From positions 35,119 through 99,118 of the forward strand of contig CACMOJ010000003.1 in assembly GCA_902615325.1 (NCBI GenBank): DNA of 64,000 nt, written 5' to 3'. Position 1 is the first letter of the stretch. Every line of letters begins with the position of its first letter. A program made the translations under genes and the position numbers. Below, piece by piece: positions 10,515 to 21,248 of this stretch. This stretch comes from an uncultured SAR116 cluster alpha proteobacterium (GTDB taxonomy: Bacteria; Pseudomonadota; Alphaproteobacteria; Puniceispirillales; Marisalimonadaceae). The notes beneath the pieces were generated by a model. It saw nothing but the letters and a program-made list of their open reading frames with translations, did no database searches and was not told the origin of the DNA.

Positions 10515-11229
10515 GAACAATACAAATAAGATATCTTTAGTTATTTTTGGCTATTCGGAAACATTGTTGTTAGCTATACTTGTTAAATCAAAAACAGTCA
10601 AAGTCAAGAAATTTAATTTTATAAGAGATGTAAATGAGGACCAATTTTTTAAAGTAATTTCAAGTTTTATTTCATACAATTTTATTTGTAATAACATATA
10701 CTTTAGCTGTGGTCCTGGAGGATTTACAATAATAAGAAAAATTATTTCTTTTGTTAAAGCATTACAATTAAGTAATTATTCGAGGATAAGATTTATAGGA
10801 TTAAATCACTTATTTATTAATGCTTATTATTTAATTCACAACAATAAAATAAAAGAGCAGGAGTATATTCTTTCAATTTTAAATTATTCTAATGATCATT
10901 TTGTCCAATTGTTCAAAAGAAAAAAGAGTTCGTTGTTTTCTCTTGAATGTTTATCCGATGTTAATAACATTAAAGTAGATCTAATAGATACTTTTTTGCA
11001 ACCTTTTAACATATCTATTGATATTACTCATTTAGTATATTTAGGCCCAACTACTAATCATTTGTCTATTTTAAAAAATGTTACTTTTGTCAATGAAGTT
11101 AAAATACTTGAAACTATTGTTCAAATTTCAATTTTAGTCGAAAATTATAAGTTAGGAGTGATGCATTATAAAGGACTAATTGAAGATAATTTTAGACCTA
11201 TATACGGAAAACCACCATCTACTAATTGA
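10513..11229 (+). CDS. tsaB: tRNA t6A37 biosynthesis protein TsaB (YeaZ)-like, divergent
   Basis: N-terminal strand KISLVIFGYSE and CGPGGFTIIRK (compare GPGSFTGLR of TsaB). It lies immediately upstream of rimI, as in many bacteria. The rest of the protein is poorly conserved. Confidence 0.55.
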   Translation: MNNTNKISLVIFGYSETLLLAILVKSKTVKVKKFNFIRDVNEDQFFKVISSFISYNFICNNIYFSCGPGGFTIIRKIISFVKALQLSNYSRIRFIGLNHLFINAYYLIHNNKIKEQEYILSILNYSNDHFVQLFKRKKSSLFSLECLSDVNNIKVDLIDTFLQPFNISIDITHLVYLGPTTNHLSILKNVTFVNEVKILETIVQISILVENYKLGVMHYKGLIEDNFRPIYGKPPSTN

Positions 11230-11230
11230 T

Positions 11231-11656
11231 ATGTACAAGATTTCAAAAGTATTGGTTAAAGATTTAATACATATTAATATATTAGAAAAGCAGCTTAAGT
11301 TAAATACGACCAAATTAGATTTTTTTAATCAGACATTATTAAACCAAAATTTTGAATTTATTAAATTAGTTTTAGAAAATCAAATTATAGGCTTTTTATA
11401 CTTTTCCTGGAATAAAAGTGACTGTGACATTATCTCAATCGGTATTGTTGAAGCATTTCAAAAAATGGGTTTTGGAAAAAAATTGATTGAATATTTAATA
11501 AATTTAAATTTTAAAAATATTTACGTGGAAGTCTCAGCAAATAATAAAAATGCTATAATATTTTATCAAAAATTAAATTTCTCTAGAATTGGCATAAGAA
11601 ATAAATATTATAAAAAATCAAATTCAGATGCAATCTTGTTAAGATTATTAAAATAA
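11231..11656 (+). CDS. rimI: GNAT N-acetyltransferase, RimI-like
   Basis: Acetyl-CoA binding motif FQKMGFGKKLIEYL. tsaB-rimI adjacency. ATG 11231 is 2 nt after the tsaB stop and is preferred to ORF-track start 11180. Confidence 0.7.
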   Translation: MYKISKVLVKDLIHINILEKQLKLNTTKLDFFNQTLLNQNFEFIKLVLENQIIGFLYFSWNKSDCDIISIGIVEAFQKMGFGKKLIEYLINLNFKNIYVEVSANNKNAIIFYQKLNFSRIGIRNKYYKKSNSDAILLRLLK

Positions 11657-11725
11657 ATTAAATTTAATAAAATTGTAATAGAAAATGGTTATCAAAAAGA
11701 ATTCTTATACTAAAATGAGCATAAA

Positions 11726-12532
11726 TTGCCTAAAATAAATTTTGTAAAGATAAATTTTGTAGATAAAATAAATTTTTATTTTAAAATTTTAATTTTTGTT
11801 TTTTTTACTTTCATATTAATTTTGACTAAAACTTTATTACAATTTTCTTCAAAAAAATTAAGTCAAAAAATGGTTCAAATTTTTCATAAATTACTTTTAT
11901 GGCTCGTTAACATTAATGTTGAAGTAAACGGTAAAAAAATTGAAAAAAAAATTCCAACGCTTTATGTTTCAAACCATTTGTCATATATTGATATACCTGT
12001 GCTAGGATCGATATTAGATGGAAAGTTTGTTGCTAAGAACGAGATTTCTTCCTGGCCATTAATAGGTTATTTATCTAAAATAGGTAATACAGTATTTATT
12101 GATAGAAATTTAAATTTTTTAAAAAAAAATAAGTCTATAATTTTTGATAACCTTTCGAAAGGTTATAACATTATTTTATTTCCTGAAGGCACAACATCTG
12201 ATGGAATTAGAGTTCTTAGATTTAAATCGAGTTTACTCTCTTCCATACAACAAAAAAATATCTTAATTCAACCAATCGTCATTAAATATAAAAGTATCAA
12301 TGGAATGCCTTTAAATAGATGGTTAAAGCCTATTATTGCTTGGTATGGTGATATGGCTTTAAAGCCACATATTATTAACCTTTTAAAATTATTTTCAATC
12401 AAAGTTAAAATTACATTTTTAACTCCAGTAAATTCAAGAGAGTTTACAAATAGAAAAGATATGACATCTTTCCTACATCATGTTATTGATAGCTCTTATT
12501 CAGATGAATTAAATAAAAGTTTGCTGAAATAA
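11726..12532 (+). CDS. 1-acyl-sn-glycerol-3-phosphate (lysophospholipid) acyltransferase family protein
   Basis: N-terminal TM helix, then acyltransferase motifs NHLSYIDIPV and FPEGTTSDG. Only a TTG (11726) precedes the TM helix in this frame. Confidence 0.75.
   Translation: MPKINFVKINFVDKINFYFKILIFVFFTFILILTKTLLQFSSKKLSQKMVQIFHKLLLWLVNINVEVNGKKIEKKIPTLYVSNHLSYIDIPVLGSILDGKFVAKNEISSWPLIGYLSKIGNTVFIDRNLNFLKKNKSIIFDNLSKGYNIILFPEGTTSDGIRVLRFKSSLLSSIQQKNILIQPIVIKYKSINGMPLNRWLKPIIAWYGDMALKPHIINLLKLFSIKVKITFLTPVNSREFTNRKDMTSFLHHVIDSSYSDELNKSLLK
11735..11778 (+). repeat. imperfect tandem repeat of ATAAATTTTGTA (3 copies, periods 15 and 18 nt) at the 5' end of the acyltransferase ORF
   Basis: ATAAATTTTGTA at 11735-11746 and 11750-11761, and ATAAATTTTTA at 11768-11778. 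Translates as KINFV-KINFV-DKINF. Confidence 0.8.
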
Positions 12533-12541
12533 TTAAATATT

Positions 12542-13897
12542 ATGAAAAAATTATTTATAAAAACATACGGTTGTCAAATGAACTTTTACGACAGTGATCA
12601 TATGTCTAATCTGCTAAATGATAATGGATATGAAACTTCTACAGAGATAAAAGAAGCTGATTTAATAATATTAAATACATGCCATATCAGAGATAAGGCG
12701 GCTGAAAAAATGTATTCTGATTTAGGTAGGATTAAAAAAGTTTTCGATAATAATGATTTAATTAAACCAATTATTGCTGTAGCCGGTTGTGTTGCTCAAG
12801 CAGAGGGAAAAGAAATCATCAAAAGATCTCCATGGGTAGATTTGGTAGTTGGCCCCCAAGCATACACAGATCTTCCAAAATTAGTCAAAAAAATAAATAG
12901 TGCTTCTAAGAAAAAAGAAATAAACTTAAAATTTCCTGAAATTCCAAAATTCGATATGTTAAATTTTGACAAAAAGAAAGAAAAGGTTTCTGATTATGTG
13001 ACAATTCAAGAAGGGTGTGATAAATTTTGTTCCTTTTGTGTTGTGCCTTTTACAAGAGGTCCAGAATATTCAAGATTGAAAAAATCTATATTAGAAGAAA
13101 TTGAAATTATGGCTAATAATGGAGTAAAAGAAATTATATTACTTGGTCAGAATGTTAATGCCTGGAAAGATAATTCAAATGAAAGTAAAGTTTATAATTT
13201 AGGACATTTGATAGAAGAAATTGCAAAAATAGATAAAATTCTGTCTATTCGTTACACTACCTCACATCCTTTAGACATGGATTTAGATTTAATCAAAGCA
13301 CATAGAGATGTAGATAAATTAATGCCTTTTTTACATTTACCAATTCAATCAGGATCAGATGAAATTTTGAAAAAAATGAATAGAAGACATACTGCTATTG
13401 ATTATTTAAAAATAATAGAATTGGTAAGAAAATATCGTGAAGACATTGCAATATCATCAGACTTTATAGTCGGTCACCCAGGCGAAACTAAAGAAGATCA
13501 TAAAAAAACACTAGATATTATAAATGAAGTCAAGTTTGCAAGTTCATACTCTTTTATGTATTCAGAAAGACCAGGAACCAAATCTTCACAAATAGATAAA
13601 AAAGTAGATGAGAATGTTAAAAAAAATAGACTTAAAGAAATTCAAAATAGGCTTAATCATTATCAATTAGCTTTTAACAAAAATATGGAGAATTTAGATT
13701 TCCCAATTTTAATTACAGGTAAAAACAAAAATAACCAATTTGTAGGAAGATCTCCTTACAATCAAAACGTTTACATCAATAAAAGTGATCTTCCAATTAA
13801 AGAAACTAATGAAAATCTAATTGGTTCAGTCTTGAATGTAAAAATTATTAAGTCAAATCAAAATAGTCTTTTAGGTACCTACTTTAATAATGCTTAA
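12542..13897 (+). CDS. miaB: tRNA-i6A37 methylthiotransferase MiaB
   Basis: N-terminal MTTase domain (TYGCQMN), radical-SAM CDKFCSFC, and a TRAM-like C-terminus. Confidence 0.9.
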   Translation: MKKLFIKTYGCQMNFYDSDHMSNLLNDNGYETSTEIKEADLIILNTCHIRDKAAEKMYSDLGRIKKVFDNNDLIKPIIAVAGCVAQAEGKEIIKRSPWVDLVVGPQAYTDLPKLVKKINSASKKKEINLKFPEIPKFDMLNFDKKKEKVSDYVTIQEGCDKFCSFCVVPFTRGPEYSRLKKSILEEIEIMANNGVKEIILLGQNVNAWKDNSNESKVYNLGHLIEEIAKIDKILSIRYTTSHPLDMDLDLIKAHRDVDKLMPFLHLPIQSGSDEILKKMNRRHTAIDYLKIIELVRKYREDIAISSDFIVGHPGETKEDHKKTLDIINEVKFASSYSFMYSERPGTKSSQIDKKVDENVKKNRLKEIQNRLNHYQLAFNKNMENLDFPILITGKNKNNQFVGRSPYNQNVYINKSDLPIKETNENLIGSVLNVKIIKSNQNSLLGTYFNNA

Positions 13898-14882
13898 AAT
13901 AAAGGATAAAAATAATACATCAGATTATGATGAGCTTTCAGAAGTTGAATTAATTTTTAATTCTAACGATGATTTAAATATTTTACTAGGTGAGAATTCG
14001 AAAAATATAGATAGGCTTAATGAAATTTTAGAAGTTAAAATCAGTTTTTTTGGAAATAAGTTAGTTATTATTGGTAGAAAACATAATACAGAAATAGCTG
14101 AAAATTTAATAAATAAAGTTTATGATATATTACTTTTTAATAAAAATGACAACCAAAGTGTAGATTTTTCAATTTTTGAATCTGAATATAAAATGATAAA
14201 AAATAAAAACTCAGTAGATACGGCATCAAAAATTTCAAATTCAATTGATACTTGGAAGAAAAATATATATCCCAAAAGTGATGGACAAAAAAAATACATA
14301 CAAGCTGTAAATGATTACGATGTGATATTTGGACTTGGTCCTGCGGGTACTGGTAAGTCCTATCTTGCAGTTGCAAAAGCTGTACAGTTTTTAAAAAAAG
14401 GCAATATTGATAAAATTATATTATCAAGACCAGCTGTTGAAGCAGGAGAGAATTTAGGTTTCTTACCAGGAGACATGAAAGATAAAGTCGATCCATATCT
14501 GAGGCCAATTTATGATGCGTTATATGAAATGATGCCTTTTGAAATAGTTGAAAAAAAAATTCAAGAAGGAACAATTGAAATTGCTCCTGTTGCTTTCATG
14601 AGAGGAAGAACTTTTAAAAATTCATTTATAATTATTGATGAAGCTCAAAATACATCGTCAATTCAGATGAAAATGATCTTAACTCGTTTAGGTCAGGGTT
14701 CAAAAATGGTTGTTAATGGAGATTTAACTCAAGTTGATATAAAATATATTAATGACTCAGGTTTAGGTACAGCTAAGAAAAAACTCTCTAATTTAAAAAC
14801 AATAAAATTTGTAAATTTAAGTAAAAAAGATGTTGTTAGGCATAAAATAGTTTCAGAAATTATTAGCGCTTATGAAAAGTAA
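13890..14882 (+). CDS. ybeZ: PhoH-like ATPase (YbeZ)
   Basis: Walker A GPAGTGKSYLAV and PhoH core (IILSRPAVEAGENLGFLPG). Conserved miaB-phoH-ybeY order. 8-nt overlap with miaB. Confidence 0.9.
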   Translation: MLKIKDKNNTSDYDELSEVELIFNSNDDLNILLGENSKNIDRLNEILEVKISFFGNKLVIIGRKHNTEIAENLINKVYDILLFNKNDNQSVDFSIFESEYKMIKNKNSVDTASKISNSIDTWKKNIYPKSDGQKKYIQAVNDYDVIFGLGPAGTGKSYLAVAKAVQFLKKGNIDKIILSRPAVEAGENLGFLPGDMKDKVDPYLRPIYDALYEMMPFEIVEKKIQEGTIEIAPVAFMRGRTFKNSFIIIDEAQNTSSIQMKMILTRLGQGSKMVVNGDLTQVDIKYINDSGLGTAKKKLSNLKTIKFVNLSKKDVVRHKIVSEIISAYEK

Positions 14883-15435
14883 AAACTTGTCGTTAAATGA
14901 AAGAAATATATTAGATAGGGTAAGTTATTTTAAAATCGATAAGTTTACCTTAGAGTTTAAATTTAAACACTTAAATTTTTATAATAGGATTTATTATTTG
15001 CGTAAAATCAAAATATTTGATTCTTTGTTATCAGATGTAAAAAAACTACTTAACTTTAAATCTAAAAAAAAAAATTTAAATTTTTCAATATTGCTTACAA
15101 ATGACGCTGAGATTAAAGAAATCAACTATAAATATAGGAAATTAAACAAGCCTACGAATGTATTGTCTTTTAAGTCAATGATCGATGATAATAATTATTT
15201 CAAAACAGCTAAACAAGAAGTTTATTTAGGTGAAATTATAATATCTATGGAGAGAATTCTGAATGAATCAAGAGAAAATGATATTTCTTTTAAGAATCAT
15301 TTTGTGCATATTTTTTTACACGCAATTTTACATATTTTAGGATATGATCATGAAACAGATAGTGAAAGAGAAAAAATGGAAAATATTGAAATTACAATGC
15401 TAAAGAATTTAGGAATAAAAAATCCCTATGCTTAA
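14872..15435 (+). CDS. ybeY: rRNA maturation endoribonuclease YbeY
   Basis: Metal-binding motif HAILHILGYDHE. Contains an 11-A homopolymer (15064-15074). Confidence 0.85.
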   Translation: MKSKNLSLNERNILDRVSYFKIDKFTLEFKFKHLNFYNRIYYLRKIKIFDSLLSDVKKLLNFKSKKKNLNFSILLTNDAEIKEINYKYRKLNKPTNVLSFKSMIDDNNYFKTAKQEVYLGEIIISMERILNESRENDISFKNHFVHIFLHAILHILGYDHETDSEREKMENIEITMLKNLGIKNPYA

Positions 15436-16288
15436 AATTTTAAATTCTCTAAAGCAAACTTTTAATAAAAAAAAAATTATTAAATCTTATAATTCTGACG
15501 ATGATCTTGAACAATTTGTGTCACGTCGAATTAATTCAAAAATTGAGGTTAACAAAACCCAGAAACACGAAAATGAATTGCTAAAAAATTTAGCTGGTCT
15601 TAGAGGTATAACAGCTATTGATGTAATGGTTCCAAGAGTTGATATAGTTACTGTGTCAATGTCAGACAATTTTAACGACATAGTAAGTCAACTTACAAAA
15701 GCTAATCATAGTAGAGTCCCAGTAACTGGAGAAACAAAGGATGATATTGTCGGAATTATTCACATTAAAGATGTCTTAGCTAATATTAATTCAAAGAAAA
15801 AAAACCATATAAAAGACATACTTAAGGAGCCAATTTTTATAGCTCCTTCAATAAGTTTGTTAGACTTATTGCATGAGATGAGAGTTAAAAAAAGACACAT
15901 GGCTTTAGTGGTTGACGAATATGGCGGCATTGACGGGTTAGTAACTATTGAAGACTTAGTTGAAGAACTTGTAGGAGAAATCGAAGATGAACATGATGAG
16001 ACATCTGAAATTAAAATAGAAAAATTAAATTTCAATACAATAATTGTAGAAGCAAGAGCTTCACTTGATTTCCTTCAAGAAAAATTAAATTTAGATTTAT
16101 CTGGATCTAAAAATGAAGAATTTGAAACTTTAGGAGGATATATAATAAGTCTATCCGGAAGGGTTCCAATAAAAGGTGAAGTAATCAGAGATATCAAAAA
16201 TAGTATAGAATTTGAAATTATAAATTCAGATAAAAGAAAAATCATAAAGGTTAAAGTCAAAGGCTTAAAATTCTCCAATGAGAGTTAA
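15428..16288 (+). CDS. corC: CBS-domain Mg/Co efflux-associated protein (CorC/TlyC family)
   Basis: Tandem CBS domains followed by a CorC_HlyC-type C-terminal domain (TLGGYIISLSGRVP). Conserved position after ybeY. Confidence 0.8.
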   Translation: MLKILNSLKQTFNKKKIIKSYNSDDDLEQFVSRRINSKIEVNKTQKHENELLKNLAGLRGITAIDVMVPRVDIVTVSMSDNFNDIVSQLTKANHSRVPVTGETKDDIVGIIHIKDVLANINSKKKNHIKDILKEPIFIAPSISLLDLLHEMRVKKRHMALVVDEYGGIDGLVTIEDLVEELVGEIEDEHDETSEIKIEKLNFNTIIVEARASLDFLQEKLNLDLSGSKNEEFETLGGYIISLSGRVPIKGEVIRDIKNSIEFEIINSDKRKIIKVKVKGLKFSNES

Positions 16289-17807
16289 TAAATTATTAAT
16301 TCAGGCACCTATATTCTTTTTGCTTGGAGGTTTGGCCACTTTTTCACTTACACCTTATAAAATTTATCCATTAATATTTTGTTTTTCATTTGCCATATTT
16401 TCAATTTGTAAAAATAACAAATTAAAAAATATTTTCTTTTTATCATTATCATTTTCTTTTGGTTGGTTTTTTCTTGGTTTATATTGGATAGCAAATGCAT
16501 TTTTGATAAAATCTAGTTTTTACTTACTTTTAATGCCTATTGCAGCTGCATTATTACCATTATTTTTATCTTTGTTTTGGAGTATAGCTTTCATCTTTGC
16601 AAAATTAATTTCAAAAAAAATCGGAGAAATTCATATAAATGTTTTAATAATTTTATCAATAATTGAGTATATAAGAGGCGAGTTTTTAAACTTTCCTTGG
16701 TTAATGCCAGGCAATTTTTTTTCATCTGAAGAAATTTTTATCCAAGGATTTTCGTACATAGGTTCTTATTCTATGAATATTGTCTTTTTCTCCTTAACTG
16801 TCGTGCCAGTATTAATTTTTAAATATAAAAGACTGTCAATTTTCCCAATGTTGTTTTTGTTATTCCCAATAATCTTTTTATTTATGAAATCTTACGAAAG
16901 ATACACATTTAAAAACATTCCCTCTTTAAATGAGTCCCATCTAATAAGAGTAATTCAACCAAATATAAAACAACATATTAAATGGAAAAAAAACCTTAAA
17001 TCATACCATCATCAAATATTAATTGATCTATCAAAATTAAAAAATGTCCAAAATGATAATCTTTCAACTTTAACTATTTGGCCAGAAACAGCTTTTTTGG
17101 GTTTATATCCGAGAGATAAGAGTTTAGTGCAAGAATTATCTCGAAAATTTTTAAATCCAAAAAAAAATCAATTTTTACTTTCTGGATTAATACATAAAAG
17201 CAATAAAAAATATTATAATTCTTCTATTTTGTTAGATTCTAAAGAGAATGTTAAAAATATTTATAATAAAAATATTCTTGTACCTTTTGGAGAGTTTATA
17301 CCGTTAAGGCATTTATTGCCACGAGTTAAATTCTTTGAAAATAAAATTGATTTTTCAAGTGGCATTGAAAATAAACCTATCACTATTAACAATCATTATA
17401 AATTTGTTCCTGTAATATGTTACGAGATTATTTTTAGCGATTTAATTTTTAAATCATTGGACAAGGATACATCAATAATTATTAACATAACAAATGATGC
17501 TTGGTTTGGTGATTCAATTGGACCTGCCCAACATTTTCAGTTTGCTAAAATAAGAGCAGTAGAATTGGGGATGCCAGTTGCTAGAGCTGCAAATACAGGT
17601 TATTCAGCCTTAATAAGCCCATATGGTGAAGTTTTGAAAAAAATAAATCTCAACGAAAAGGGCACGTTATCTTTTAAATTGATAAATAAATTAAATGACA
17701 CTATGTTTAAAAGGTATGGTAATAATCTATTAGTAGCTCTATTAATTTTAACATTTTTAGTTAACTTTATATTCAAAAAATTTATTTTAAAACAGGAGTA
17801 TGAATGA
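16278..17807 (+). CDS. lnt: apolipoprotein N-acyltransferase
   Basis: Multi-TM N-terminal half plus a CN-hydrolase domain ([28 protein letters not shown]). Confidence 0.85.
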   Translation: MRVNKLLIQAPIFFLLGGLATFSLTPYKIYPLIFCFSFAIFSICKNNKLKNIFFLSLSFSFGWFFLGLYWIANAFLIKSSFYLLLMPIAAALLPLFLSLFWSIAFIFAKLISKKIGEIHINVLIILSIIEYIRGEFLNFPWLMPGNFFSSEEIFIQGFSYIGSYSMNIVFFSLTVVPVLIFKYKRLSIFPMLFLLFPIIFLFMKSYERYTFKNIPSLNESHLIRVIQPNIKQHIKWKKNLKSYHHQILIDLSKLKNVQNDNLSTLTIWPETAFLGLYPRDKSLVQELSRKFLNPKKNQFLLSGLIHKSNKKYYNSSILLDSKENVKNIYNKNILVPFGEFIPLRHLLPRVKFFENKIDFSSGIENKPITINNHYKFVPVICYEIIFSDLIFKSLDKDTSIIINITNDAWFGDSIGPAQHFQFAKIRAVELGMPVARAANTGYSALISPYGEVLKKINLNEKGTLSFKLINKLNDTMFKRYGNNLLVALLILTFLVNFIFKKFILKQEYE

Positions 17808-18976
17808 GAAATTATTTATTTACGTCTGAATCAGTTTCTGAGGGTCATCCAGATAAAATTAGCGATCTAGTTTCCGACACAGTAGTTGATTTAATGATTA
17901 GCAAAGATCCCTTCAGTAGAGTTGCATGTGAAACATTAGTAACAACAAATAAAGTTGTTATTGCTGGAGAATACAGACTAGATGGAGATAAATTAATTTT
18001 GTTTCAAGAGATTGAAGAAAAGATAAGGTTAGCTATAAAAAAAATTGGTTATGAACAATCTGGTTTTCATTGGGAAAAAATAAAAATCGAAAATTACCTT
18101 CATAATCAATCGAGTGATATTGCTATTGGCGTAGATGAACGCGACAATAAAGAAGAAGGAGCTGGTGATCAAGGTTTGATGTTTGGTTATGCTGTTGATG
18201 AAACTGAAACTTATATGCCAGCTCCCATATATTACTCGCATTTAATTTTGAAAGAGCTGTCAAATATAAGACATTCTGGAAAAGCAGATTTTTTAGGACC
18301 AGATAGTAAGTCTCAACTTTCTATAGAATATGAAGGATCTAGGCCTATTGGAGCAAAAAAAATTGTTGTGTCAACTCAGCACGAAGAGAATTATAATCAA
18401 AAAGATTTGAAAGAATTCATCATTGATGTCGTTAGGAAAGTGTTACCAAAAGAATGGTATTTTAATAATGATAATATTTTGGTTAATCCAACAGGGAGGT
18501 TCGTAATCGGAGGTCCGGATGGAGATGCTGGACTGACAGGCAGGAAAATCATAGTTGACACTTATGGTGGATCAGCTCAGCACGGAGGCGGAGCATTCTC
18601 AGGAAAAGATCCAACTAAAGTTGACCGATCCGCAGCATATATGACTAGATACCTTGCAAAAAACGTTGTCGCTTCTAATTTAGCTTCTAAGTGTAGCATC
18701 CAAATAGCTTACGCAATAGGTGTACCTCAACCATTATCTTTTTACGTTAATACATTTGGTACAGGTAAAGTAAATGATCAAGCTATTGAAGAATGTATAA
18801 AAAAAATTGTAGATCTGTCGCCAAAAGGCATTAGAGACAAACTTAAATTAAATAATCCTATATATGTTCCAACTTCATCATATGGTCATTTTGGAAGAAA
18901 ACCGGATGAATTGTTAAAAGGATCTTTTACCTGGGAGAAAACAGATCTCGTCGAATTATTAAATAAAGAATTATAA
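17804..18976 (+). CDS. metK: S-adenosylmethionine synthase
   Basis: Motifs [21 protein letters not shown] and [20 protein letters not shown] overlap with lnt. Confidence 0.95.
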   Translation: MRNYLFTSESVSEGHPDKISDLVSDTVVDLMISKDPFSRVACETLVTTNKVVIAGEYRLDGDKLILFQEIEEKIRLAIKKIGYEQSGFHWEKIKIENYLHNQSSDIAIGVDERDNKEEGAGDQGLMFGYAVDETETYMPAPIYYSHLILKELSNIRHSGKADFLGPDSKSQLSIEYEGSRPIGAKKIVVSTQHEENYNQKDLKEFIIDVVRKVLPKEWYFNNDNILVNPTGRFVIGGPDGDAGLTGRKIIVDTYGGSAQHGGGAFSGKDPTKVDRSAAYMTRYLAKNVVASNLASKCSIQIAYAIGVPQPLSFYVNTFGTGKVNDQAIEECIKKIVDLSPKGIRDKLKLNNPIYVPTSSYGHFGRKPDELLKGSFTWEKTDLVELLNKEL

Positions 18977-18981
18977 AAAAA

Positions 18982-19653
18982 TTGAACTCAAAAAGTGAAA
19001 TTTATTTTTATGGTCGTCGAAAAGGTAGAAAAATTTCTCCAACCAACTTAAAGCTGTTAAATGATTCAAGTTATAAATTTTATTTACGACATGATCATTT
19101 AGATGAATCAAAACTAAAGAATTATAACAAAAACATTTTAGAAATAGGTTTTGGGAATGGTGAAAATCTAGTTAATATGTCTTTGAAAAATCCAAATGAT
19201 TTATTCATAGCATGTGATGCATATAATAATGCTTGCGTTAAACTATTGAAGCAAATCGTAATGAAAAATATTCAAAATATCAAAATTTGGCCCGATAATA
19301 TTAATTTGATAATTAAAAAATTTAAAAAAAACTTTTTTGATTTAATTCTAATATTACATCCAGATCCTTGGCCAAAAAAGAAACATGTTAAAAGAAGACT
19401 TTTACAACAGAGTTTCCTTGATGATATAAATCGTATTTTAAAACATGAAGGAAAATTAGTAATCTCAACAGATCATGACGAAATGAAAAGCTGGATTATC
19501 AAACAATTTCAAGAAAGAAATGATTTTTTATTAGAAAAGGATAAAACTTATTTTGAAAATAAAAAACCACAATGGATTATAAATACAAAATATACCAATA
19601 AAGCTCTAAAAAAAAATAAGGTGGTAAATTGGTTTTTTTTTAAAAAAAGTTAA
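18982..19653 (+). CDS. trmB: tRNA (guanine46-N7)-methyltransferase
   Basis: Motifs EIGFGNGE and HPDPWPKKKHVKRR. TTG start 5 nt after the metK stop. Confidence 0.8.
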   Translation: MNSKSEIYFYGRRKGRKISPTNLKLLNDSSYKFYLRHDHLDESKLKNYNKNILEIGFGNGENLVNMSLKNPNDLFIACDAYNNACVKLLKQIVMKNIQNIKIWPDNINLIIKKFKKNFFDLILILHPDPWPKKKHVKRRLLQQSFLDDINRILKHEGKLVISTDHDEMKSWIIKQFQERNDFLLEKDKTYFENKKPQWIINTKYTNKALKKNKVVNWFFFKKS

Positions 19654-19732
19654 TTTTTTATTTCAAATTATAATCTTATAAGTTATTACTAGGGAACTTT
19701 AAGGTTTAGACTAAAATAATGAGGTTTTTTAA

Positions 19733-21244
19733 ATGGAAAATATTCCTAGGATTGAACTTATTCAGGTAGCTGAAAACGTTGCAAGAGAAAAATTAATTGA
19801 TAAAGAAGATGTAATTCTTGCCATGGAGGATGCCATTCAAAAGGCCGCTAGATCTAAATATGGTCTAGAAAGAGATATAAGAGCAACCATAAATAGAAAT
19901 ACTGGAGCAATTTTCATTGAGCAATACACTCATGTGGTTGATGAAGTAGAAGATGAATCTACTCAAATGTCATTAGTAGAAGCTCATAGAAGGGATAAAT
20001 CTCTAAAAATTGGAGACTACCACAAAAAAGTACTTCCACCTTTTGATTTTGGAAGAATAGCTGCCCAAAGTGCTAAACAAGTAATTTCACAAAAAGTTAG
20101 AGATGCTGAAAGATTGCGTCAGTATAATCAATTCAAAGATAGAGTTGGTGAAATAATACTTGGTACCGTAAAAAGATTTGATAATTTTTCTGTTACACTT
20201 GATATTGGCAAAGCTGAAGGTGTTATTAAAAAAGATGAAATGATACCTAGAGAACAATTGAAGCCTGGTGACAGAGTAAGAACTTATATTTTAAGTGTCA
20301 GTGAAGAAACCAGAGGTCCACAAATTTTTCTTTCAAGATCATCAAATGAATTTTTAAGATTATTATTTACTCAGGAGGTTCCTGAGATTTATGATGGTAT
20401 CATAGAAGTTAAAAGTGTTGCAAGAGAACCCGGAAGTCGAGCTAAAATCAGTGTCTATTCAAAAGATAACACGATTGATCCAGTTGGAGCTTGTGTTGGA
20501 ATGAGAGGATCAAGAGTTCAAGCAGTTGTTAATGAATTGCAAGGTGAAAAAATTGAAATTATTCCCTGGTCAGAGGATTCTGTTACTTTTGTAATAAACT
20601 CTCTAGCACCAGCTGTTCCGTCAAAAGTAATCATGGATGAAGAGGCAGGAAGAATGGAAGTAATAGTTCCTGATGAACAGCTATCACTTGCAATAGGTAG
20701 AAGAGGTCAAAATGTCAGATTAGCTTCCGAACTATGCAAATGGTATATAGACGTGATCTCTGAAAGCGAAGAATCTGAAAAAAGACAAGATGAGATTAGT
20801 GAAAGAACAAAAATTTTTATTGAAGCGTTAGATGTGGATGATGTGATAGCTCATTTAATTGTAGCAGAAGGATATTCTACAATTCACGAAATTGCAAACA
20901 CCTCGATAGAAGAATTAAATAATATAGAAGGTTTTGAAGAAGAATTATCAGTTGAGTTAAAAGAGAGAGCAGAAAATTTTGTTAATTTTGAAAATGAAAA
21001 TGTAGAAAAAAAGTTAAAATCAAGTGGCATTGATAGCAAATTATATGAATTTAAACATTTGTCTAAACCTGAGATTTTAACCTTAGTAGAAAATGGTATA
21101 AAAACTTTAGACGATCTTGCTGATTTAGACAGTGAAGAATTGTTTACACTGCTGGGCAAAAAAGTATTTAATAGTGAAAATGAGGCTGGTGAGGTGATAA
21201 TGGAAGCTCGTAAACATTGGTTTGAAGAAGATAAAAATATATAG
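19733..21244 (+). CDS. nusA: transcription termination/antitermination factor NusA
   Basis: N-terminal domain, S1 and two KH domains (GACVGMRGSRVQAV, AIGRRGQNVRLA), and a C-terminal HhH/acidic repeat region. Confidence 0.95.
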   Translation: MENIPRIELIQVAENVAREKLIDKEDVILAMEDAIQKAARSKYGLERDIRATINRNTGAIFIEQYTHVVDEVEDESTQMSLVEAHRRDKSLKIGDYHKKVLPPFDFGRIAAQSAKQVISQKVRDAERLRQYNQFKDRVGEIILGTVKRFDNFSVTLDIGKAEGVIKKDEMIPREQLKPGDRVRTYILSVSEETRGPQIFLSRSSNEFLRLLFTQEVPEIYDGIIEVKSVAREPGSRAKISVYSKDNTIDPVGACVGMRGSRVQAVVNELQGEKIEIIPWSEDSVTFVINSLAPAVPSKVIMDEEAGRMEVIVPDEQLSLAIGRRGQNVRLASELCKWYIDVISESEESEKRQDEISERTKIFIEALDVDDVIAHLIVAEGYSTIHEIANTSIEELNNIEGFEEELSVELKERAENFVNFENENVEKKLKSSGIDSKLYEFKHLSKPEILTLVENGIKTLDDLADLDSEELFTLLGKKVFNSENEAGEVIMEARKHWFEEDKNI

Positions 21245-21248
21245 TGCA

